Assembly: GCA_044892505.1 (NCBI GenBank) | Contig: CM097884.1 | Span: 66,154,001-66,218,000 of the forward strand | Length of the DNA: 64,000 nt | Reading direction: 5' to 3' | DNA from: Schmidtea nova | Taxonomy: Eukaryota | Part shown: positions 33,457 through 43,126 of the stretch, in pieces | Layout of the letters: each line of letters opens with the position of its first letter | Numbering within the stretch: the stretch's first letter is position 1 | The notes under the pieces: generated by a model | The model's input: only the letters and a program-made list of their open reading frames with translations | Told to the model about the DNA's origin: nothing | Databases searched by the model: none | Translations under genes and position numbers: made by a program

Positions 33457-36400
33457 TTGATAAATTTAGGTAAATTATACAGTTCATATTGTAATAGTAC
33501 TTTACATAATGACTGTCACAGTCTTATGGAAAAGTATTATTATTACAAATATAATAGTATTTTTTACCTTATTTGCCCTACATGCAAAACTTTACAAACA
33601 AGCACATACATCGAATTCTACAATACACATAGAAACCATTTAACACAATTCAATGGTTCTAAAAAGAATTTATTTAATTCAATTTTCGCGAAAAACATTC
33701 AACAAAATAGTAATAAGCAAAATAATGTGGACAGTGTTCCCAAATTATTAAAAAGTAATGTGGACTGCGTTCCCAAACAAGTAATTATTAATGTGGACTC
33801 TGTCCCAACCTCTTGCAATGTGGACTGTGTTCCCAACCAAATAAACAATAATGTGGAATGTGTTCCCAATTTATTAAAAAGAACAAATACAGAAATAGTA
33901 TGTGAAACACCAAATAAAATAGGTAAATTTGAGGTTATTGATATAAGTGACGATGATGACGATGTGGTTGTTATTTCGTCAGATGAAGAGGAAATAGACC
34001 CTATAGTTTTAAACTGTTACTCTGTTAAGCAAATAGGTTTAGGGTTAATATCTGTTGATTCTGATCTCAATAATTCGCACATCATCGTTAAGATGGATGT
34101 TGCACATTTAAATTTAAATAATCTTTCTGTTCCATCTCTTTTACTAGAAAAATTAACATCGATTATTTCTGCCATGAAATCTGTTAAGATCCAATTTTGT
34201 ATAAAGGTTGAAATGATGAAAGACGATGAATACCAGTCTTTTGTCATTTCAAATTCAGCGCGTGTATGGACGACTGATTTCATTGATGAGGGCGTTACAC
34301 ATCTCAACGAAAAAATTATCCAAATGAACGAGAAGGGTTCAAATTGGAAATTAAATAAAATAGAATATATTAGTTTTGTAATAACGAAATACTCAGAAAT
34401 TACCAGATTAAGAGGTAAAAAATTTCTTTCAACACCGAAATCTTTACTTAATAAGGATTGCATTATCAATGTCAATAACACCGACAATCTTTGCTTCCTT
34501 TATAGTGTCTTGTCTGTTAAAAATTATAATCAGGTTGATGATGAAATTCGACAATTACCAACAACTTATAACTTGACATCACTTCGCTTTGATATAAATG
34601 ATATGCCAATGAAGCTAAGTAACATTAGCAGATTTGAATTATCAAACCCCGGTTATGCAATTAATGTATTATCGTATGACGAAAATGCGTTAGTTGACTT
34701 GACTAATAAAAGTGAAGTGATGAAACATCCATTCATCGATATTATCTATAAAAGTAAAGTAGTGGGGGGCACTGTCATAAACCTACTTTTAATTGAAAAT
34801 AAAAAAGAATTTCATTACGCAGGAATATATAACATCGACAAATTTTTAAATTGTAAAACTTCGGCGATAACCCCAGTGAGAATTTATAATAAATGGTGTC
34901 CTAGGTGCTTGCATGGCTTCCGTAATTCAGATACATTCAAGAGACATCGTGGTCTTTGTGATGCCAACCAAATAGGCACAACTTTGTATACACTTCCTAA
35001 TAATAAATTTTTACGTTTTAGCGACTGGACGAAGACAGTGACCCCTCCTTTTGTAATTTATGCCGATTTTGAGGCAATTTTACCTCGCGACTCGAAATAT
35101 TACCAAAAACATTTGCCCATTTCTGCGGGTTTATTACTTATTAATAATTTCACTGGGGTTAAATTATATAAATCCTTCTATGGCCTTGATTGCGTTGCCA
35201 AATTCCTGCAAGAAATTGAAAATATAAGTCGAAAAATTGTAACGCCCTATTATTTCGCAAATAAAAATAAGCAAATAATATTAACCTACGAAGACATGCA
35301 ACATTTTTCTTATGCAACACACTGCTACTTGTGTGAAAATATTTTAGTAAATCCTGTTAAAGACCACGATCACTTTACAGGTGCTTACCTAGGAGCAGCA
35401 TGCAACGAATGTAATATAAATAGGCAAATTCGACACACTTTGCCGATAGTTTTTCATAATCTACGGGGATATGATTTACATCATATCCTCAAATTCGGAC
35501 TTTCTAAATACGAATCGTGGAACATTAGCTGTGTTCCTGTCACCAGTGAGAAGTTTCTCAGTCTTTTTGCGAGAATCGGATCACTCACAGTGAAGTTTAT
35601 CGATTCGTATCAATTTGCCAGCGAATCTCTAAATAACTTAGTAAAAACTCTAACATCTTTTCCTCTTACTTCTTCGGAATTTACCGGGACTATTATCACC
35701 AGTAAGGGAATTTTTCCATATGATGTTGCTACATCTTTATCTGTCTTGAGGTCGATCACTGAATTGCCGCCGATTTGGGAAGGTGTCGAAATTGCTGATT
35801 ATGAAAAGGCAAAAGAAATATGGAGAGAAAATTCGTGTACCTCATTATTTGATTATATGATGGTTTACATGAAACTCGACATATTTCTTTTGGCTGATTA
35901 TTTTCAACAATTTCGTGCAAAGAGTATAGCTCATAATAAACTTGAGCCGTTGAATTTTTTGGGTATACCAGGTATGAGCTGGTGTTCTGCATTAATGACT
36001 TTGGAATCTCCTATCGAGCTTTTGCAAGATATGGAGATGTACAACTTTTTTGAGGGTGGAATCAGGGGCGGCCTCACTTTCGTTAATAAACATCATGTTA
36101 AATCAGGCCCAGATACAGAGTTGCTGTATATAGATATTAATAATCTGTATGGCTGGGCTCTTTCACAAAACTTACCGGACGGGGACTTTGTTTGGGTCAC
36201 GGATGACCACTTGCTTCATGACATCTTGTTGGAGTGCACTACGGTTGATTTATGTTCACTTAACTATGGTTATACCATAGAAGTGGATTTAGAGATACCG
36301 GCATCTATTCACGACTTACTGGATGATTTACCAGTAGCTGCTGAAAAGATGTGTGTGCCAGGTTCGAAGGTGCATAAGTTGCTTTTGACGCACATGCCTA

Positions 36401-37518
36401 AGAAAAACTATGTGCTTCATTGGCGACTTTTGCAGATGTTTCTGAGGTTAGGTGTTGTAGTGACCAAAATACATCGAGCTATTAAATACCATCAAAGTAG
36501 GCTTTTTAAGAAATACGTTGATACAAATACTGCTTTGAGAGCTTCTTCCACCACGAAACTCGACAAAAATTATTTTAAGTTATTAAATAACAGTCTCTAC
36601 GGTAAAACCGTAGAGAATCTGAAAAAACGTATAAATTTAAGACTGTGCAATTCGGCACGTAAATTAATAACATATAGCAGTAGCCCGTATTTTAGGAAAT
36701 CAACGAAAATTGACCATAATCTTATATCAGTGCTTTTGAGGAAGGAGTCTGTGTGTTTAGATAGGCCAAGTTATATAGGACAGACGGTCTTGGACTTGTC
36801 TAAACTAAGAATGTATGAACTACAATATATAGAGTTAGAGAAATATAGGAAAGAGTTTAATTGTAAGATTAATATTGCAGCAGGAGACACAGACTCCTTT
36901 TTTCTTGAAATTGTTAATTGTAGGCTTTCTGTTCTTTTGCCCGCTATGGTGAGGGATCAACTTTTAGATACTTCGAACTATGACCCGAGCCATCCCTTAT
37001 TTTCGCGTAATTTGGATTCTGTTATAGGAAAGTTTAAGGACGAAAATAAGGGCTTCAAATATGAAGAGTGGGTTTTTCTTCGGCCTAAATGCTATAGTTT
37101 ACTTGGCGACGAGGAGTGTTTAAAAGCCAAGGGCATATGTTTGGCTACTGCGGGACTTAACCATTCGCATTACCTAGACTGTTACACAACAAGTAAAATA
37201 TATAAAGTCCCGCAGTTTCGTATAGTCTCAAAAAATCATCAGGTTTATAGTGTCAAAAATACAAAAACGGCACTCAATTGCAACGACGACAAACGCAATT
37301 GGGTGTCGAAAAACAAAAGTTTTGCATATGGGCACTATAGGGTAGAAAATACTATTATAGGTTATGATGAAACAATTACCCCAGCCGAACCTGATGGATT
37401 TGATGATGAGGAGTTCGATGATGGCGAAACGGCTGAATCGCGCAGACTCCACGAATACCTGGTGAGGATGGAGCAGCAATTGCGTGATCAGCCATCTACA
37501 TCCACCGGTATATATTGA
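33457..37518 (+). CDS. Protein-primed family B DNA polymerase (pPolB) with an inserted endonuclease-VII-like Zn/HNH domain; true 5' end uncertain
   Basis: YADFE (ExoI), CYLC...KDHDHFTG..LGAAC..CN, FHNLRGYD, FIDSY, KGIFPY, YIDINNLYG, KLLNNSLYGK, GDTDS, FLRPKCY. Confidence 0.97.
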   Translation: MINLGKLYSSYCNSTLHNDCHSLMEKYYYYKYNSIFYLICPTCKTLQTSTYIEFYNTHRNHLTQFNGSKKNLFNSIFAKNIQQNSNKQNNVDSVPKLLKSNVDCVPKQVIINVDSVPTSCNVDCVPNQINNNVECVPNLLKRTNTEIVCETPNKIGKFEVIDISDDDDDVVVISSDEEEIDPIVLNCYSVKQIGLGLISVDSDLNNSHIIVKMDVAHLNLNNLSVPSLLLEKLTSIISAMKSVKIQFCIKVEMMKDDEYQSFVISNSARVWTTDFIDEGVTHLNEKIIQMNEKGSNWKLNKIEYISFVITKYSEITRLRGKKFLSTPKSLLNKDCIINVNNTDNLCFLYSVLSVKNYNQVDDEIRQLPTTYNLTSLRFDINDMPMKLSNISRFELSNPGYAINVLSYDENALVDLTNKSEVMKHPFIDIIYKSKVVGGTVINLLLIENKKEFHYAGIYNIDKFLNCKTSAITPVRIYNKWCPRCLHGFRNSDTFKRHRGLCDANQIGTTLYTLPNNKFLRFSDWTKTVTPPFVIYADFEAILPRDSKYYQKHLPISAGLLLINNFTGVKLYKSFYGLDCVAKFLQEIENISRKIVTPYYFANKNKQIILTYEDMQHFSYATHCYLCENILVNPVKDHDHFTGAYLGAACNECNINRQIRHTLPIVFHNLRGYDLHHILKFGLSKYESWNISCVPVTSEKFLSLFARIGSLTVKFIDSYQFASESLNNLVKTLTSFPLTSSEFTGTIITSKGIFPYDVATSLSVLRSITELPPIWEGVEIADYEKAKEIWRENSCTSLFDYMMVYMKLDIFLLADYFQQFRAKSIAHNKLEPLNFLGIPGMSWCSALMTLESPIELLQDMEMYNFFEGGIRGGLTFVNKHHVKSGPDTELLYIDINNLYGWALSQNLPDGDFVWVTDDHLLHDILLECTTVDLCSLNYGYTIEVDLEIPASIHDLLDDLPVAAEKMCVPGSKVHKLLLTHMPKKNYVLHWRLLQMFLRLGVVVTKIHRAIKYHQSRLFKKYVDTNTALRASSTTKLDKNYFKLLNNSLYGKTVENLKKRINLRLCNSARKLITYSSSPYFRKSTKIDHNLISVLLRKESVCLDRPSYIGQTVLDLSKLRMYELQYIELEKYRKEFNCKINIAAGDTDSFFLEIVNCRLSVLLPAMVRDQLLDTSNYDPSHPLFSRNLDSVIGKFKDENKGFKYEEWVFLRPKCYSLLGDEECLKAKGICLATAGLNHSHYLDCYTTSKIYKVPQFRIVSKNHQVYSVKNTKTALNCNDDKRNWVSKNKSFAYGHYRVENTIIGYDETITPAEPDGFDDEEFDDGETAESRRLHEYLVRMEQQLRDQPSTSTGIY

Positions 37519-37811
37519 GGTAAATTTATTTATTATTTTATTCATTATTATTATTGTTATTATTATAGACTATACGCCAATAGGAAAAAGAAGAAAAATA
37601 TTAAGAAGAATATTGCTGATTTTTACTATGAACAAAGCTTTATTTGGAATAAATTGAATGGAAATAAATTTTTTAATTTAAAATAATTGTTGTTTTTTCC
37701 CTATTGGGTTATATTTTTTAAATATTTGTTGAATTTTATTTTTATAAGTTTTTATTATTTTTGTTAATATTATATTTTTTCTATGTCTTATATTATTTAT
37801 ATTATTATTAA

Positions 37812-37843
<32 letters not shown>

Positions 37844-38473
37844 TTTTTCAAAGTTNNNNNNNNNNNNNNNNNNNNNNNNNNNNNNNNNNNNNNNNNNNNN
37901 NNNNNNNNNNNNNNNNNNNNNNNNNNNNNNNNNNNNNNNNNNNNNNNNNNNNNNNNNNNNNNNNNNNNNNNNNNNNNNNNNNNNNNNNNNNNNNNNNNNN
38001 NNNNNNNNNNNNNNNNTTTTNNNNNNNNNNNNNNNNNNNNNNNNNNNNNNNNNNNNNNNNNNNNNNNNNNNNNNNNNNNNNNNNNNNNNNNNNNNNNNNN
38101 NNNNNNNNNNNNNNNNNNNNNNNNNNNNNNNNNNNNNNNNNNNNNNNNNNNNNNNNNNNNNNNNNNNNNNNNNNNNNNNNNNNNNNNNNNNNNNNNNNNN
38201 NNNNNNNNNNNNNNNNNNNNNNNNNNNNNNNNNNNNNNNNNNNNNNNNNNNNNNNNNNNNNNNNNNNNNNNNNNNNNNNNNNNNNNNNNNNNNNNNNNNN
38301 NNNNNNNNNNNNNNNNNNNNNNNNNNNNNNNNNNNNNNNNNNNNNNNNNNNNNNNNNNNNNNNNNNNNNNNNNNNNNNNNNNNNNNNNNNNNNNNNNNNN
38401 NNNNNNNNNNNNNNNNNNNNNNNNNNNNNNNNNNNNNNNNNNNNNNNNNNNNNNNNNNNNNNNNNNNNNNNNN

Positions 38474-39542
38474 AGAAGAACGCGCGTTTCACGCGCGTTC
38501 AATGAGTACTGTGATTTGTCTTATAAAACAAGGAAGAAGAACGCGCGTTTCACGCGCGTTCAATGAGTACTGTGATTTGTCTTATAAAACAAGGAAGAAG
38601 AACGCGCGTTTCACGCGCGTTCAATGAGTACTGTGATTTGTCTTAAACACACACACAATTTATCTCTGTTTCGTTGCACATGGATTGCATTGTCTTTGTT
38701 TCTTTGCACATGGATTGCATTGTCTTTGTTAATATTTATTGATGAGTCATACTGATGAGTCATACTGATGAGTCATACTGATGAGTCATACTGATGAGTC
38801 ATACCAATGAGTGATACTGATGAGTCATATTGATGAGTCATACTAATGAGTCATCCCAATGACTCATCAGTATGAGTCATTAAGAAAACCGTACTTACCT
38901 TTATATCCTTGTTTTGTACCCTTTGAAGGTTGAGCACCCACCATAGACCTTGGAAGGTATGACCATTGTGTGCACCCTTCAATTACCTTTTGTTTGATAT
39001 GTATATTATAAGGATTGTAAAAGGTTGAAGGTTTTTGACCCCTTGAAGGTTAAGGATCCTCCATACACCTTCGAGGGTATGACCATCTTACTTACCTCCC
39101 AATTACCTTTTGTTTGATATGTATATTATAAGGATTGTAAAAGGTTGAAGGTTTTTGACCCCTTGAAGGTTAAGGACCCTCCATACACCTTCGAGGGTAT
39201 GACCATTGGATAGACCTTTAAAAGACCTTTCGAATGATACCCTTGTTTGAAGGTCTGACCTTATTGGACCCTTGGGAATTTAAATTTAAAATTTGAATTT
39301 GAAATGAGTCATCGATGACGTCATAAAATTCAAATTTGAAATGAGTCATCGATGACGTCATCGATGAGTCATCGATGAGTCATGTGATGAGTCATCGATG
39401 AGTCATCGATGAGTCATCGATGACGTCATTTATGAGTCATCGATGACGTCATTTATGAGTCATCGGGGGGGTCATGGATGACTCATCGATGACGTCATTT
39501 CCTTTGTTCTGCGATGACTCATGGTGCACACTTCTGTCTACT
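38474..39542 (-). repeat. Right TIR
   Basis: Reverse complement of the left TIR; inner edge abuts an N gap. Confidence 0.97.
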
Positions 39543-40862
39543 AATTACCTTTCGAATAACTTGTAAGGTTTGAAAAAATTCGAAGGTTTTTAACCCATTG
39601 AGGGTTCATCACAAACCTTAGACTTTCAAGGGTATGACCATCGCACCTCTCGAAGACCTTTCGAATGATACCCTTGTTTGAAGGCTGACCTTTGGAAATT
39701 AATATTTGAAATTTGAATTTGAAATGAGTCATTGATGACGTCATAAAATTCAAAATTGAATTGTCAAAATTAATACATGCCGTCATCACGATAAGTCATC
39801 GATAACGTCATAAACATTTTCTACGTCCGAGAATGACGTCATTTCCTTTGTTCGGCGATGGCTCATACTCCACATAACTTTCTACTTATAGTACACACAA
39901 ACACAGCACACAATGAATAATGCATGTAAACTTTAAAAATTATCATCTTTTATACTATTAAGTTATAATAATTTTATTTAATTTTAAAACAGAATTAGGG
40001 GTAAATTTTTTGAGTATTTCATAAGGAAGCGATTGAAGAAATGAATAAATAATGCCGTAAAATTTATTTTTAATGTATATAAATTTAAAATTTCATATAT
40101 TTCCGAAATTTCTTTTGGTAAAACTTTTCCGATTCCAGAAGCCAAGGATATAATACCGCCATAATATTTTCAATTTATGAAAAATTAAGTATTCATACAT
40201 AGCAATTTAAATACTTCTTAAGTTTCAGACAATGTTGGACAATAAGATTTGACAATCGTTGAATTAAAAAATTTTAATTATAAATTTTAATTGATCAAAA
40301 TGTTGAAAATGTAATATTATGATGAAATTACCGAAATCGATCAAAAAAGAAAAGTCAATATTATGGAAAATGGCGAAAACTACTTCAATTTTAGAAGATT
40401 TCTTGGAATATCGAAAAAAATATTTCAGAGATTATTTTTGTTAAAAAATGATTTTAACTTTTAATTTAAATAATTCCAAAAACATCTTAAAAATCATAGT
40501 TTCTTACAAAGTTATTAAAAGAAAAATTAAATTGTTGAAGATTAATAACCTCTCAAAGCTTGTATTGTGATCTCATAACATTATGAGATCAAAATATAAG
40601 CCTTTAAAGTTATTTTTATAAATTAACCTACCTGAAAGGCAAGAGAAATAAATAAACACTTACAATCATGATTAACAAAATCTTTATAGTGAAAACTATA
40701 AACAATTTGACACAAAATAATCCCGTGCTTTTAAATTTAAAAATGAAATTATAATTTTATTCAAAATATTTCTGATGTTTTCACGGCATTAACTATCTAA
40801 ACGACAAAACTATCAAAATCTGTAAGATTATGTTAAATATTTAGTTAGGTTGTAAAACATTT

Positions 40863-40946
40863 TAACCAACACAACCACACACACGCAAATATGTAATTTC
40901 ATATATATATAATTACATATGTGCGTGTGTGTGGTTGTGTTGGTTA
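40863..40946. repeat. Hairpin with 36-bp arms (1 mismatch) and a 12-nt AT loop
   Basis: TAACCAACACAACCACACACACGC...GCGTGTGTGTGGTTGTGTTGGTTA. Confidence 0.85.
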
Positions 40947-41289
40947 CAACTAAGTACACAAACGTGCGATTGATAAGACACTTAATGATATTAAATGAAA
41001 TCTAATGAATTACTCTATTGGTAATATATAATTGTTTGCATTCCAAACTTATAATAAAAACACCACCATAATTATTTGTCGTTGATCCTGAAGGCAAAAT
41101 GATCTTATTTACCATTGCTACATCAATGGAAACTTTTTTTTCAATGTTAATATTGTGTAATATCGTCGAAAACTAATGAACAGGTGATCTCAGTTGCCAT
41201 AGCTACTCCTAACTAATTTCATTTGCTACATTATTTGACAACTGTTGGGAAGTATGAGTGTTGTTATGAAAATTTATAGTTGGATACTA

Positions 41290-42757
41290 CCGTCTTAACC
41301 CGAAAATAACACTATGGTGTTATGTTTGAATATAAGACCACTCTGGTGTTTTATTCAATTATAACACCATGGTGTTTTAAAATATTTTAATGTAATAACT
41401 TTTTTTTATTTATTTTTAATATTAAAATAATAAATAATAAAAAGTATTTTTTAAAATTTTATTATTATATATTCTTTTTTTAACTCTGTATTAACTTCCA
41501 ATTTCTGTTTGTTTTCTTGTCAAACTTTGGATCGATTTTTAACCCACTTCCCGATATCCAATCAATCTGAAAATTTGCGAGCAGACTCGTGGTGGCCCAC
41601 AAATTATTCCTTTGAAAAAAAATTTTGAAAAAAATTTTGAAACAATGTGATTTTTCAATTTACTGTTGCCAAGAAACTACCAAACAATGAAACAACAATA
41701 AAATTAACCGAGAACATGAGAAAAAGAAAGAGTTACATTAAAAACTTGTTTTTATGGGTTCCTTTTTTTTAACTCTTTTTTTTAACTTCCAATTTCTGTT
41801 TGTTTTCTTGTCAAACTTTGGATCGATTTTTAACCCACTTCCCAATATCCAATCGATCTGAAAATTTGCGAGCAGACTCGTGGTGGCCCACAAATTATTC
41901 CTTTGAAAAATTGAAAAATTTTGAAACAATGTGATTTTTTAATTTACTGTTGCCAAGAAACTACCAAACAATGAAAAAACAATAAAATTAACCGAGAACA
42001 TGAGAAAAATAAAGAGTTACATTAAAAACTTTTATGGGTTTATTTTTTTTATAAAATATCTTTTATAATTTTAAATTTTAAGTACTTTTAAAATTTTTCA
42101 TATGAATATTTGATATGAATATTCACCATCCACCTTTAAAAGCTTTATTTCAACCATCTTTTGACATTACTATCTGGAATGAATTATATACAACTGAGTA
42201 TGTTACACCTGAAAACGATATAAATGAAGAAAAATATCAGCCACCAGAATGGTACTTACCAGATTCAAATACTGCAAGCTTTTATATGTGTGTACACCAC
42301 AAGAAATATGGTAATCAAGCTGAAAATACTTGGAAAGAGTATAAAAATCAATTAATTTTATTTATGCAGTCTCTGCATGAATTATCTGATTTAGTAGATT
42401 CTAATTATTTTGAAAACATTCAGAATGATGACATACCTGCATCTGAAAACGAGATTTTTGCTGTGTCCATTAAAGAAAATTGGAACATAATAATAAAAAA
42501 TGCAAATACTAAAACTTCATTTGAATATCTAGTATCAAATCCAATTCAAACTGTGGTAATGGTAGAAATTGATCAGTATTTTGGGATACATATGCTTGGT
42601 TAATTAGCATTATATTAATGTTTAAATATTAAATAAAAAACCATGGTGTTATATTTAAAGTGGTGTTATATTTGAATTTTTCTTCAATGTTTTAAAAAGT
42701 CAAAATTTTTTAAAAACTCAAATACAACACCATGGTGTTTTTTTCGGGTTAAGACGG
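41290..42757. mobile_element. Non-autonomous Tc1/pogo-type element with an internal ~290-bp tandem duplication
   Basis: TIRs CCGTCTTAACCCGAAAA / TTTTCGGGTTAAGACGG flanked by TA; duplication at about 41471-41760 and 41761-42050. Confidence 0.85.
42115..42603 (+). CDS. Uncharacterised 162-aa ORF inside the pogo-like element
   Basis: ATG-initiated open frame of ordinary complexity; no transposase motifs recognised. Confidence 0.3.
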   Translation: MNIHHPPLKALFQPSFDITIWNELYTTEYVTPENDINEEKYQPPEWYLPDSNTASFYMCVHHKKYGNQAENTWKEYKNQLILFMQSLHELSDLVDSNYFENIQNDDIPASENEIFAVSIKENWNIIIKNANTKTSFEYLVSNPIQTVVMVEIDQYFGIHMLG

Positions 42758-43035
42758 TAGGGCTGACTACACCCCATACCCCTTCATAAATATTAAACTA
42801 CCTCACTCGTGTACCCATAGTTATTCCTTGGCTAACTATGTTGGTACTGTACACGGTTGCAAGAATCTAGTGAACAAGTGAGCTTCGTTGCCAAAAGTAT
42901 TCCTCACTATATTCCCTGTTTCGGGTTCCTGCTGACAATATAAGGACTTACACATCTACTTACCTTACAGTCCTATCGCATGATTAAATCTTAACTTTCT
43001 ATTACTTGATTCTATCTTCGAGTTTCACTTATTCC

Positions 43036-43040
<5 letters not shown>

Positions 43041-43125
<85 letters not shown>
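43041..43125. repeat. (AT)n microsatellite
   Basis: About 42 dinucleotide units. Confidence 0.97.

Positions 43126-43126
<1 letters not shown>

Larger units (their letters stand above)
21470..39542 (+). mobile_element. Complete young Polinton/Maverick (adintovirus-like endogenous virus), 18.07 kb
   Basis: AGTAGA...TCTACT termini, 6-bp TSD AATTAC (21464-21469 and 39543-39548), ~1.07-kb TIRs, and a full set of INT, ATPase, capsid, protease and pPolB genes. Confidence 0.98.
17904..39886 (-). mobile_element. Older, internally deleted Polinton, inverted relative to and interrupted by the young element
   Basis: Decayed homologues of the young element's pPolB C-terminus, TBP-like gene and two accessory genes in the same order. 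Its diverged TIR is split into 21008-21469 and 39543-39886 and ends ...TCTACT. No TIR was found at the left end. Confidence 0.85.

Noticed and set aside
37508-37568. Possible extra 3' intron extending pPolB with a KRRK-containing exon
   Set aside because: In frame with a weak GTATAT donor, but the stronger donor lies after the stop codon; cannot be decided without RNA data.
37783-38505. Long ORFs over N runs (also 20584-21003 and 60434-60736)
   Set aside because: Artefacts of assembly gaps.
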